This document shows, piece after piece, positions 39,219-52,251 of a stretch of DNA of 64,000 nucleotides. Position 1 is the first letter of the stretch. Every line of letters begins with the position of its first letter. Source of the stretch: Eledone cirrhosa (taxonomy: Eukaryota). Both the position numbers and the translations under genes were made by a program. The notes beneath the pieces are model-generated. The model saw only the letters and a list, made by a program, of their open reading frames with translations. It had not been told where the DNA came from and did no database searches. Location of the stretch: contig OZ024740.1 of the NCBI GenBank assembly GCA_964016885.1, positions 315,394,001 to 315,458,000 of the forward strand. The letters run 5' to 3'.

Positions 39219-39624
39219 CTTACTGGTTCCTATATATATATATACATACACACTTATATATATATTTTATATGTGTGTGTGCGTGTATATATATATATAT
39301 GTATGTATATGTGTGTTGAGGGGTGACTCCCATTAATTATTCAGTGGTTGCCATCTTGCACATATTATATATCTGAGCTGTTTGTCGTGCATTGCTGAAC
39401 CTTTCAAATATCTGAGAGTTATGAGAAAAAACAAAGGTGTTTCTGATGAAGAAAGAGTAATTAATCCTCGCTATTTTGAAATATTTATTGAAGGAGTGTT
39501 GAAATTTATGTAGACTTACATTCTTTTCCTTGAATTAGTTGTTGCATTTGTCGGACGATACGTTTAATTTTAAAGTCGGCTGAGCTTTGTGATTAAGTCG
39601 GTGATATTTATATATGTATATTTA

Positions 39625-39731
39625 TTTGTGTGTGATTGTGTGTATGTGTGAGAGAGAATGTGTGTATGTGTGAGAGAGAGTATGTGTAAGTGTGAGAGAG
39701 AATGTGTGTATGTGTGAGAGAGAGAGAAAGT

Positions 39732-39768
<37 letters not shown>

Positions 39769-39979
39769 TGTGCATGTGTGTGTGAGAGAGAGAATGTGTG
39801 TGCGTGTGTGAGAGAGAGTATGTGTAAGTGTGAGAGAGAGTGTATGTGTGTGTGTGTGTATGTGTGTGAGAGAGAGAGAGAGTGTGCATGTGTGTGTGAG
39901 AGAGAGAATGTGTGTATGTGTGAGAGAGAGTATGTATAAGTGTGAGAGAGAATGTGTGTATGTGTGAGAGAGAGGGAGA

Positions 39980-40018
<39 letters not shown>

Positions 40019-40132
40019 TGTGCATGTGTGTGTGAGAGAGAGAGAGAGAGGGTGTGCATGTGTGTGTGAGAGAGAGAATGTGTGTATGTGTGTGAGAGAG
40101 AGTATGTGTAAGTATGAGAGAGAATGTGTGTA

Positions 40133-40199
<67 letters not shown>

Positions 40200-41080
40200 T
40201 GTGTGCATATGTGTGTGAGAGAGAGAATGTGTGTGCGTGTGTATGTGTGTGAGAGTGTGTGTGTATACATGTATGTATATCTGTGTGCGTGTCCGTGTAT
40301 ATATGTGTGTATGTGTGTGTATTTATGTTTACATACGTGTGTATGTATGTGTATGTTTATCTGTGTCTGTGTATGTATGTGTGTGTCTTTATGTTTTATG
40401 AATGTGTGTATGTCTGTGTATGAATATATGTGTGCATAAGTGTGTGTATATCTGTGTGTATCTGTGTGTGTCTTTATGCTTATGTGCGTGTGTATGTCTG
40501 TCTATGTGTATATGTGTGCATGCGTGTGTGTATATCTGTGTGTTTATCTGTGTGTGTCTTTATGTTTATGAACGTGTGTATGTCTGTGCGTGTGTATATG
40601 TGATTCTTTATGTTTATGTACGTGTGTGTATGTATATATGTGTGCATAAGTGTATGTATATCTCTGTGTATTTGTGTGTGTGTGTGTTTATGTTTATGAA
40701 CGTGTGTATGTCTGTGTATGTGTATATGTATGTGTACGTGTGTGTATATATGTGTGTGTGTGTGTTCGTGTCTTTATGTTTATGTACTTGTGTATGTGTG
40801 CGTATGTATATGTGTGCGTACGTGTGTGTATATATGTGTGTGTGTATATATTTGTGTCTTTATGTTTATGTACTTGTGTATGTGTGTGTATGTATATATG
40901 TGTGCATAAGTGTATGTATATCTCTGTATTTGTGTGTGTGTGTTTATGTTTATGAACGTGTGTATGTCTGTGTATGTGTATATGTGTGTGTATGTGTGTG
41001 TATATATGTGTGTGTGTTTGTGCCTTTATGTTTATGTACTTGTGTATGTGTGTGTATGCATATGTGTGTACGTGTGTTGA
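39625..41080. repeat. Compound (TG)n/(AG)n microsatellite field
   Basis: Directly visible. The ORFs here are artefacts. Confidence 0.95.
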
Positions 41081-41269
41081 CAGGTATATTATACAGGTAA
41101 CTGTTTCTATGATCGACTGCGGATTTTTGTTTTTCTGTTTTCAGTCTGTGTCAGAAAGTAATAATGTTTCAAAGACTAAGAATATAAGAGATTGTGTGAG
41201 GTAGGTCGATGGAGAATGACAAAGGGCTGAGAAAACAGGGATCAGAAGAGGATAATGGAGGAATAAGGA

Positions 41270-43322
41270 GTGAAGGGGAGTAAGATGTGGTGAAGGAAAA
41301 AGTAAGGGGTGAATGAACGAAGGTGGTGAGATTTGGTGAAGGAAAAAGTAGGGGGTGAATGAACGAAGATGGTGAGATTTGGTGAAGGAAAAAGTAGGGG
41401 GTGAATGAGTGAATGTGGTGAGATGTGGTGAAGGAAAAAGTAGGGGGTGAATGAGTGAATGTGGTGAGATGTGGTGAAGGAAAAAGTAGGGGGTGAATGA
41501 GTGAATGTGGTGAGATGTGGTGAAGGAAAAAGTAGGGGGTGAATGAACGAAGGTGGTGAGATTTGGGTGAAGGAAAAAGTAGGGGGTGAATGAGTGAATG
41601 TGGTGAGATGTGGTGAAGGAAAAGGTAGGGGGTGAATGAGTGAATGTGGTGAGATGTGGTGAAGGAAAAGGTAGGGGGTGAATGAGTGAATGTGGTGAGA
41701 TGTGGTGAAGGAAAAAGTAGGGGGTGAATGAGTGAATGTGGTGAGATGTGGTGAAGGAAAAGGTAGGGGGTGAATGAGTGAATGTGGTGAGATGTGGTGA
41801 AGGAAAAAGTAGGGGGTGAATGAGTGAATGTGGTGAGATGTGGTGAAGGAAAAAGTAGGGGGTGAATGAGTGAATGTGGTGAGATGTGGTGAAGGAAAAA
41901 GTAGGGGGTGAATGAGTGAATGTGGTGAGATGTGGTGAAGGAAAAGGTAGGGGGTGAATGAACGAAGGTGGTGAGATTTGGTGAAGGAAAAAGTAGGGGG
42001 TGAATGAGTGAATGTGGTGAGATGTGGTGAAGGAAAAAGTAGGGGGTGAATGAACGAAGGTGGTGAGATTTGATGAAGGAAAAAGTAGGGGATGAATGAG
42101 TGAAAGTGGTGAGATGTGGTGAAGGAAAAAGTAGGGGGTGAATGAACGAAGGTGGTGAGATTTGGTGAAGGAAAAAGTAGGGGGTGAATGAGTGAAGGGG
42201 GAGTAAGATGTGGTGAAGGAAAAAGTAAGGGGTGAATGAGTGATGGGGCGTAAGATGTGGTGAAGGAAAAAGTAAGGGGTGAATGAGTGAAGGGGCGTAA
42301 GATGTGGTGAAGGAAAAAGTAAGGGTGAATGAACGAAGGTGGTGAGATTTGGTGAAGGAAAAAGTAGGGGGTGAATGAGTGAATGTGGTGAGATGTGGTG
42401 AAGGAAAAAGTAGGGGTGAATGAGTGAATGTGGTGAGATGTGGTGAAGGAAAAAGTAGGGGGTGATTGAACGAAGGTGGTGAGATTTGGTGAAGGAAAAA
42501 GTAGGGGGTGAATGAGTGAATGTGGTGAGATGTGGTGAAGGAAAAAGTAGGGGTGAATGAGTGAATGTGGTGAGATGTGGTGAAGGAAAAAGTAGGGGGT
42601 GATTGAACGAAGGTGGTGAGATTTGGTGAAGGAAAAAGTAGGGGTGAATGAGTGAATGTGGTGAGATGTGGTGAAGGAAAAAGTAGGGGGTGAATGAGTG
42701 AATGTGGTGAGATGTGGTGAAGGAAAAAGTAGGGGGTGAATGAACGAAGGTGGTGAGATTTGGGTGAAGGAAAAAGTAGGGGGTGAATGAGTGAATGTGG
42801 TGAGATGTGGTGAAGGAAAAGGTAGGGGGTGAATGAACGAAGGTGGTGAGATTTGGTGAAGGAAAAAGTAGGGGGTGAATGAGTGAATGTGGTGAGATTT
42901 GGTGAAGGAAAAAGTAGGGGGTGAATGAGTGAATGTGGTGAGATGTGGTGAAGGAAAAGGTAGGGGGTGAATGAACGAAGGTGGTGAGATGTGGTGAAGG
43001 AAAAAGTAGGGGGTGAATGAGTGAATGTGGTGAGATGTGGTGAAGGAAAAGGTAGGGGGTGAATGAACGAAGGTGGTGAGATTTGGTGAAGGAAAAAGTA
43101 GGGGGTAAATGAGTGAAGGGGGGTAAGATGTGGTGAAGGAAAAAGTAAGGGGTGAATGAGTGAAGGTGTGTAAGATGTGGTGAAGGAAAAAGTAAGGGGT
43201 GAATGAGTGAAGGGGCGTAAGATGTGGTGAAGGAAAAAGTAAGGGGTGAATGAACGAAGGTGGTGAGATTTGGTGAAGGAAAAAGTAGGGGTGAATGAGT
43301 GAATGTGGTGAGATGTGGTGAA
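41270..43322. repeat. 46-bp purine-rich minisatellite, about 44 copies
   Basis: Unit tgaaggaaaaagtagggggtgaatgagtgaatgtggtgagatgtgg with interspersed variants. Confidence 0.97.
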
Positions 43323-43343
43323 GAAAAATGGTGGGGATGAATG

Positions 43344-43415
43344 CAGGGCCGGATTTAATGCGGTGGGGGGGAAGGGGGCAATAACCCCGGGCTCTCTGCA
43401 GTGGAGGGCTCCAGC
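43344..43415 (+). mobile_element. hAT-like terminal fragment
   Basis: CAGGGCCGGATTTA start followed by a GC-rich subterminal region. Confidence 0.4.
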
Positions 43416-44639
43416 AGTGACAGGTACATGGTTGTTGGTTATGTACATGACTTGTGTTTTTGAAGTATTGTTGTTAAGACTTGTTTGCTTAGCATAGTTG
43501 TTCAGCCTATTTTCTCTTGAGGCAGATCTTTCTTTAATGAAAGATCTGCCATCTACATACTCAAGAACTTCTAAATTGGAGAAAAGCCTCCACTAGATGC
43601 TTCTGGGTTTATCTGGTGGAATCAAATTGAGGATAATTATGAAAAAAATTGGAAGAGAGGATACAACACTGTCGCACAACGGATAATCTCGGATCCCAAA
43701 TAATAGGGAGGTGGAATCAGTGGTGGCGTTTGAGATAAGCGGGAGGGGGGGGGGGTCGGTAATTTTTCTCGGTTGTCTCCGTTGATTGTTTTTTTAAAAA
43801 CAGAATTAGTCGTTTAGTTTACATATTGTACCCCAGCCCAACGTATGGGATTTCTAGTAAGGTACTTTGTTTTTCATGTATCTTTTTTTAATGTCTAAAG
43901 ATTATTAATTGTCGCAGGAATGCCAACCACTTAAAATAAAATTTCGCGGGAGATAGATAAGAAAAATTGAATAAACAAGATAGGGGGGGGGGGTAAAAGC
44001 GGGGCGTTGGAAAAAATCTGAAAAATAATAAGCGGGAGGGGGGGTGATTATTCGAGACCCGAAAGTATCTCTGAAATCTATTTATAATTGTTTCTACTTT
44101 TAGCACAAGGCCAATCTTTTAGCACAAGACCCTATTTATAATCTATTTATAATTCTTATGAAACAGACTAATGAAGGTGGGGATTTTATTGAGAATTCCA
44201 TCTGATATTAAAATCTTCCAGTGGGGGTTTATCTGTGCACACTGGCAAAAGCCTTACTAAAGTCTACATAATTGATGAACAATTTGACATTCATTCAACA
44301 CATTGCTTAGTAATGTTCCGATCATCATCTGCCTTCCTTGAATCCTGTTTGCTCTTCTCTCAGTTTGTGTCAATTGCTGATTGCACTTGACCCATTAAGA
44401 AGTAGCAACCAAATCTTTCTTAAATCATACTCTATCTTCGTAAAAGGAGAGAGGAGGGCACTTTAGATAATGTAGCCCTAAAATACATTATGTCAGAAAA
44501 AAAAGACGATACAGTCACGGCTGGAATGCTTTTGATTATAAGTGAGATCGATTAGGCTGATTTGAGGGCTAAACCACAATTTATCTCCCTTCTGCTTTAT
44601 ATCGGTTCATTATCAATCTGATCACTATTTCATTTGTTC

Positions 44640-45450
44640 CTATCCACTGACCCATTGTACCTGTTCACTGGTTTATCATACCTATTCACTGGTTTGTTGT
44701 ACCTGTTCACCGGCTTGTTTCATTTGTTCATTGGCTCGCTGTATCTGTTCTCTGACTCATTTCACCTGTTCACTGGTTCATTTCACTTATTCACTTGTTC
44801 ATTTCCATTCCCCTGTTCACTGGTTCATTTCATCTGTTCACTGGTTCATTTCATCTATTTACTGGTTCGTTTCACCTGTTCATTGGTTCATTTCCCCTGT
44901 TCACTGGTTCATTTCATATGTTCACTGGTTCGTTTCACCTGTTCACTGGTTCATTTCACTTGTTCACTGATTCATTTCCCCTGTTCACTGGTTCATTTTA
45001 TCTATTCACTGGTTCATTTCATCTGTTCACTGGTTCGTTTCACCTGTTCACTAGTTCATTTCCCATGTTCACTTGTTCGTTTCATCTGTTCACTGGTTCG
45101 TTTCACCTGTTCACTGGTTCATTTCCCCTGTTCACTGGTTCATTTCATATGTTCACTGGTTCGTTTCACCTGTTCACTGGTTCATTTCACTTGTTCACTG
45201 ATTCATTTCCCCTGTTCACTGGTTCATTTTATCTATTCACTGGTTCATTTCATCTGTTCACTGGTTCGTTTCACCTGTTCACTGGTTCATTTCCCATGTT
45301 CACTTGTTCGTTTCATCTGTTCACTGGTTCGTTTCACCTGTTCACTGGTTCATTTCCCCTGTTCACTGGTTCATTTCATCTGTTCGCTGGTTCGTTTCAC
45401 CTGTTCACTGGTTCGTTTCACCTATTCACTAATTCGCTGTACCTATTCAA
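44640..45450. repeat. 21-bp minisatellite with a 231-bp higher-order duplication
   Basis: Unit cctgttcactggttcatttca. The variant pattern at 44991 recurs at 45222. Confidence 0.95.
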
Positions 45451-45524
45451 TAGATTCACTTTCTGGTTTTATCTGTACACTGTCCATTCTTATCTTCCCT
45501 TGTTTCTATCTGTTCACCACCTAG

Positions 45525-47866
45525 TTGTGTGTGAGTTTGTATGTCTCTGTGTGTGTATGTGTGTGTGTGTGTGTATGTGTCTGTATGTGTGTTTGCGTGT
45601 CTGTGTGTATGTGTGTGTATGTGTTTGTGTGTCTGTGTGTGTATGTGTGTATGTTTGTGTATGTATGTGTGCGTGTGTTTGCGTGTGTGTATGTTTGTGT
45701 ATATGTGTGTGTGCATGTGTTTGTGTGTGTGTTTGTATGTCTGTGTGTATGCGTGTGTATGTTTGTGTATATGTGTATGTGCATGTATGTGTGTGAATGT
45801 GTGTGTATGTGTGTGTGTGTATGTGTGTGTACGTGCGTGTATGTGTGTATGTGTGTGTATATGTGTTTTTGTGTCAGAATGTGTATGTGTGTGCATGTGT
45901 GTATGCGTGTGCATGTGTGTATGCGTGTGTGTCTGTTTGCGTGTCAGTGTGTATATGTCTGTATGTATGTGTATGTATGTGTATGTATGTGTGCGTGTGT
46001 TTGTGTGTGTGTGTGTGTGTATGTTTGTGTACATGTGTGTGTGCATGTGTTTGTGCGTGTGTGTGTGCATGTGTTTGTGTATGTGTGTGTGTATGTTTGT
46101 GTACATATGTGTGTGTGCATATGTTTGTGTGTACATGTGTTTGTGTGTGTGTGTATGTTTGTGTGCATGTGTTTGTGCATATGTTTGTGCGTGTGTGTGT
46201 GTGTGCATGTATTTGTGTGTGTGTATGTTTGTTTGTGTATATGTGTTTGTGTATGTTTGTGCGCGTGTGTGTGTGTGCATGTGTTTGTGTGTGTGTGTAT
46301 GTTTGTGTACATGTGTGTGTGTTTGTGTGTGTGTGTATGTTTGTGTACATGTGTGTGTGTGTGTGCATGTGTTTGTGTGTGTGTGTGCATGTGTTTGTGC
46401 GTGTGTGTGTATGTTTGTGTACATGTGTGTGTGCATGTGTTTGTGCGTGTGTGTGTGTGTGCATGTGTTTGTGTGTGTGTGTGTGTGTATATTTGTGTAC
46501 ATGTGTGTGTGTGCATGTGTTTATGCGTGTGTGCGTGTGTGCATTTGTTTGTGTGTGTGTGTGTTTGTATACATGTGTGTGTGTGTGTGTGTTTGTGTAC
46601 ATCTGTGTGTGCATGTGTTTGTGTGTGTTTGTGTGTGTGTGTGTGTATGTTTGTGTACCTGTGTGTGTACATGTGTGTGTGCATGTGTATGTGTGTGTGT
46701 GTGTGTGTGTTTGTGTACATCTGTGTGTGCATGTGTTTGTGTGTGTGCATGTGTTTGTGTGTGTGTGTGTGTATGTTTGTGTACATGTGTGTGTACATGT
46801 GTGTGCATGTGTGTGTGTGTGTGTTTGTGTACATCTGTGTGTGCATGTGTTTGTGCGTGTGTGTGTGTGCATGTGTTTGTGTGTGTGTGTGTATGGTTGT
46901 GTACACGTGTGTGCATGTGTTTGTGCGTGTGTGTGTGCATGTGTTTGTGTGTGTGTGTATGCTTGTTTACATGTGTGTGTGCATGTGTGTGCGTGTGTGT
47001 GTGTGCATGTGTTTGTATGTGTGTGTGCGTGTATGTTTGTGTACATGTGTGTGTGTATCTTTGTGTACATGTGTGTGTGCATGTGTTTGTGTGTGTGTGT
47101 ATGTTTGTGTACATGTGTGTATGCATGTGTTTGTGCGTGTGTGTGTGTGTGCATGTGTTTGTGTGTGTGTGTATGTGTGTGTGTATGTGTTTGTGCGTGT
47201 GTGCATGTGTATGTTTGTGTACATGTGTGCATGTGTGTGCGTGTGTGTATGTGTGTGCATGTTTGTGTACATGTGTGTGTGTATGTTTGTGTACATGTGT
47301 GTGTGTTTGTGTACATGTGTGTGTGTATGTCTGTGTACATGTGTATGTGTATGTTTGTGTACATGTGTGTGTGCATGTGGTGGTGGTGGTGGTGGTGGTG
47401 GTGGTGGTGGTGGTGGTGATGAAGGTGATTGTGGTGATGGTGATGGTGGTGATGGTGATGGTAATGATGGTGATTGTGGTGATGGTGGTGATGGTGATGG
47501 TGGTGATGGTGATGGTAATGATGGTGATGATGGTGATGGTGGTGGTGTTGATGGTGATGGTGTTGATGATGGTGATGGTGATGGTGGTGATGGTGGTGAT
47601 GATAATGATGATGATCATCATGAAGATGATCATCATCATCATGGTGGTGGTGGTGGTGGTGAAATTGATGATAAGGGTGAGGAGGGAAACGATGATGAAG
47701 ATGATGATGCTGATGACTGTGGTAAGGAGGAGGAGGGGGGTAGAAGAAGAAGAAGAAGAAGAAGAAGAAGAAGAAGAAGAAGAAGAAGAAGAAGAAGAAG
47801 AAGAAGAAGAAGAAGAAGAAGAAGAAGAAGAAGAAGAAGAAGAAGAAGAAGAAGAAGAAGAAGAAG
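45525..47866. repeat. Degenerate (TG)n field followed by (GGT)n, (GAT)n and (GAA)n
   Basis: Directly visible. Confidence 0.95.
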
Positions 47867-47929
47867 GAATACAAGGAGGGGTGGGGATGTTTTGATATAT
47901 ATATATATATATATATAGATAGATAGATA

Positions 47930-48655
47930 AATATACACGGGTGTGTATGATTATGTATAGAAGATTATATTAATAAGAGGAATTCCAACTTTGTCAGATT
48001 TGTTTTATTTACAATCCTTTAAAATTTATAATGGTATTAGAATGAAATAGTATGATAGAATATTAAATGTTAAGTGTTAATTGAACAAGTACTTTCATAC
48101 TATGACTATGACTACGACCACTAACAACAACAACAACAACAACAACAATAATAATAATAATAATGATTTCATTTATTAGCCACAAGGGCCGACATGTAGG
48201 GGATAATAATAATAAAAGTGATGTTGATGGTGATGATTACTAGAAAATGCTATTTTCATCATTTCTAAAAATAGCAAAAAATTGATGCTTGGATAGGATC
48301 AATTATTGGTCGTTAGACATGCTCAATCAACCGTGACGCTTAAACCAATCAGCTTTAGTAATTCAGTGAAACTACACACCGATTGGTCGAAATACAGTTT
48401 GCAAGATTTAGCATTCTGGAGCCACTTTTCACTGTATATAAGGTACAAAATTTAGCCATCTCATTACAGTTGAAAATTGCAAACTTGACTGTCACCACAC
48501 ATTATGAACCTGAAGATTGCGAAAGCATGAAAGTACTTGTTCAATTAACACTTAACATTTAATATTCTATCATACTATTTCATTCTAATACCATTATAAA
48601 TTTTAAAGGATTGTAAATAAAACGAGTAAATCAGACAAAGTTGGAATTCCTCTTA

Positions 48656-48664
<9 letters not shown>
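47930..48664. mobile_element. Family H fold-back insertion (arms about 47966-48098 and 48527-48664)
   Basis: About 135-bp inverted arms. The right arm overlaps the hammerhead and ends in (TA)n. Confidence 0.8.
48505..48543 (+). ncRNA. Minimal type I hammerhead, family H
   Basis: tgaac-CTGAAGA-ttgc-gaaa-gcat-GAAA-gtac-TT-gttca. Helix III AGTACT is palindromic. Confidence 0.85.
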
Positions 48665-48703
<39 letters not shown>

Positions 48704-48842
48704 GGTGTGTATATATATATATATGTTGATGCCCTAAGAACAGACACTGGTCTGTTGGAGACGCAGGACATGGCAGCGATAATGAGGGACAGGGACCGCA
48801 GGAGAGAACTCGTCCATGGATCTAGGGAATTTTACCCGCCTT

Positions 48843-48887
<45 letters not shown>

Positions 48888-48890
48888 ATA

Positions 48891-49084
48891 TAGGAAAAAG
48901 TATGACCTCGACGGCAGAGCTCAAGCCGTTTCGACGGCTATTTCTGGACTAGCAGAAATAGCTGTCGAAACGGCTTGAGCTCTGCCGTCGGGTCATACTT
49001 TTTCCTATTTCCCACTCTACTACCCTAAGTATTGAGTACTCTGGTGCGTTATGGTCCATATGGTTCCTTACCACAATTCCTTCG

Positions 49085-49086
<2 letters not shown>
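48891..49086 (+). mobile_element. Family B mini hairpin with tail
   Basis: Hairpin 48891-49007, tail 49008-49086, TA flanks. Confidence 0.9.
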
Positions 49087-49172
<86 letters not shown>

Positions 49173-49546
49173 CTATAAATATGTAGTTGCTCTATTATGT
49201 AATATATACTTATATATGTTAACCAAGAAACCTGCACATACTATGTTAACCTAATCTTAGTGTACTTATATGACCTGAACAAGTTTTCAACAGACACATC
49301 GACCAAGATATATACATTAGGCATGTTTACCACTTTATTACTTTACGCCCACACTACAAACAAACAATTTGCTTCGTATCCGGATTAAATGCCTTGTTGT
49401 GTTGGGCTGGTATTGCATTGGAGTCCCTCCCCCCACCTTTTTTTGTTTCCTTTTCCAAATGGTTTCATCAAATTGATGGAATATTGTGTGTGCGTGTGTA
49501 ATCACACACACGCACACAGACACACACGCACGCGCGCACACATATA

Positions 49547-49619
<73 letters not shown>

Positions 49620-49627
<8 letters not shown>

Positions 49628-51082
49628 TATAAAGCTGACGGCCGTATGTAAGTAACAAACTTTCCGCCAAGCCGCTGGACCAAACGGCATCAAATTTACA
49701 TCATAGATGTAACTTTTTCCACGTAAGAAAGTGAGGGTATTTTGTCTACTGAATTTTGTTAAAAATTTAAAGACATTATTTAAATATTCACTTCTTTAAA
49801 ATTTTCAAATGTCAACACTTCCGGTTATACGACAATCCTAACGTCTTCACGAACCAAAGTATCATCTTCCTGTTTTCTTTCGGTTACAACGTTTTTCGAA
49901 ATATTTACTTCTGCGTTCATAGATTGATTGTTTTAGTTTCAAAAGATCCAGTTAAGGGTGAAAGCAGTGATTCTTTGCTTAAACTTTAATCTGTTATTTC
50001 AATATATATATATAATTATATATTCGTGTACAGATCTTTTTGCATACACAAAAACAAAATATAAACAAACGTATTTATTTCACGAAAGCAGAGACTGATT
50101 ATCGTCATTGTTACTGCCGATATGCCACCCAAAAAGTCCTAGCCTGGCAGCAAGATCAGATTTTCCAGAAGAAAAAATGTTACTAGAGCAACAGAGAAAC
50201 TAAGCTTCGCGATTACCATCAACAAAGCTCAGGGGCAAACCCTAAAAGTGGCTGGCCTTCATCTGGGAAAACCATGGTCAATTGTATGTAGGATGCTCTA
50301 GGGTGAGCTCGCCAAACAATCTCTTCATCTTTGCTCCTGAGGGCCGAACAAAAAATATTGTATACTCTGAGGCTCTAACAATGTAATTTATGTATTTTAT
50401 GTTACTTGGAATTTCCATTATGGTTGTACAAATTATTGTAAAGTTTGTTGAAAAATTTGTTCTCTGTTCAACCTTTATTGTTGTAACTATCAATTTTCTT
50501 TAACGTACTAACTGAGAAAAGAAACCTACAATGAAAGAACATCTTAAAGTTTACCCAAGCCAAATGTTGTATTTATTAACATTTCTATCTGCAGGTTCTT
50601 AGCAAGCTTACTGGCGCTTTAGTATGGTATTCAATTCTCATATCGTTTTTGATTGATATGGTGCATATATCGCAGCTATTCATATGTTTTAAACATTAGA
50701 TAACGATTGTTGATGTATATTATACGACAAAATTAGCTGAAAAATATTTTAAATGAACAAATAAAAGAGAGATGTTTGTTGGTTGGTTCCTTCGCGTATC
50801 ACACGAAATAAACGAAAAGTGATAATCGGAAAGATGTACAGGATTGGGATAAGAGTATATCCAGGAAAGTTTATTGATACTAATTCTATAACACCAAAGA
50901 AGAAGAAAGACATACCACGTATGCTAACTAACATGACTGCTATTTCTAGCAGGTTGGGAATCAACCATAAGGGATTCTCTCTGCAAGTTCGTTGTCAGTG
51001 ATGATCGTGTTTCGCGGCCTATGTCTCCGATTCCAACGGTGGTTTACACACACACACACACGCACACGAACACTCACGCAGG

Positions 51083-51120
<38 letters not shown>

Positions 51121-51381
51121 CTCACACAATTATATACATATATACACAAACACACACAAACATACACACACACGCACACGCACGAACACGAACACAGGCA
51201 CACACATATACACACACGCACATACGAACACTCACACACACACACACATATATACACAAACACACACAAACACACACAAACACACTGTAAACAAGACAAT
51301 GCATTCAATACAGACGTTTTCTCTTCTGCCGGTCTTCTCTTATCATTTGTTAACCTTGGCGAAGCTGGGTACCTCAGCTAG
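49620..51381 (+). mobile_element. Internally deleted Helitron with a helicase C-terminal remnant and nested repeats
   Basis: 50200-50386 reads SFAITINKAQGQTL...HGQLYVGCSRV...TKNIVYSEAL. The 3' hairpin ccttggcgaagctggg is followed by CTAG|T. Confidence 0.75.
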
Positions 51382-51391
51382 TATATATATA

Positions 51392-51570
51392 TAGGAAAAG
51401 AGTCAGGTACCCGGCAGCTGAGCTCCGGCCGTTTCGACAGCTATATCCGATCTAGCTGTCGAAACGGCCGGAGCTCAGCCGTCGGGGTCTTGACTCTTTC
51501 CTATTACCCACTCTACTACCCTAAGTATTGAGGGCTCTGGTGCGTTATCTTACCACACCCTCTTTGCTAT
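51392..51570 (+). mobile_element. Family B mini hairpin with tail
   Basis: Hairpin 51392-51503, then tail ttacccactctactaccctaag. Confidence 0.85.
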
Positions 51571-51582
51571 TTATATATATAT

Positions 51583-51958
51583 AGTAATAATAATAAATTC
51601 GAAGACTAAAATCCAAAGAGGGCTCGATAAGGATAAATATATACCAAATATATAAGAACCGTAGAGCAAATATTTATTAAAATAACAGATTAAAGTTTAA
51701 GCAAAGAATCGCTGCTTTCACCCTTAACGGGATCTTCTGAAACTAACAAAGTCAATCTGTAAACGCAGAAGTGGATATTTAAAAAACGTTGCAACCGGAG
51801 GAAGACAGGAAGACGATACTTTGGTTCGTGGAAACGTTCCCTGGCAAAGAACGGGAAAACACGAATATAATACGTCATTAATAGGAGCGGTGAAAAGCAA
51901 TTACGCGCAAAGACAGAACCACGTTTATGGTATAAAAGAGGTCGTAGACTAATGTTCT

Positions 51959-51960
<2 letters not shown>
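51583..51960 (-). mobile_element. Family L element with variant hammerhead-like motif (51694-51744); second copy at about 49845-50003, plus strand
   Basis: Minus strand: agttt-CAGAAGA-tccc-gttaa-gggt-GAAA-gcagcgattctttgc-TT-aaact. TA flanks. Confidence 0.65.
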
Positions 51961-52021
<61 letters not shown>

Positions 52022-52142
52022 ATACTTGGGGAGGGTCATATTTGCGTAATATTGCCAGAATTAATAACAGAACACACTCACTGTTTGGTTGGTTTTCGCT
52101 TCTCGCTGTCTTTTATATCTGCGATCTAACTTACTCGGTCCT

Positions 52143-52251
<109 letters not shown>

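Larger units (their letters stand above)
35281..39232 (+). mobile_element. Family B Penelope-like element, near full length, with inverted pLTR (35359-35986 mirrors 38605-39232; tail 35281-35358)
   Basis: Mirror sum 74591 with a few mismatches. An RT+EN ORF lies between the arms and TA tracts flank both ends. Confidence 0.95.

Noticed and set aside
41169-43448. 759-aa ORF on the minus strand
   Set aside because: Translation of the 46-bp minisatellite.
41270-45450. CRISPR-like arrays
   Set aside because: Contiguous tandem repeats without unique spacers, no cas genes, and a eukaryotic context.
44634-47918. Several 300-800 aa ORFs
   Set aside because: Translations of the 21-bp, (TG)n and trinucleotide repeats.
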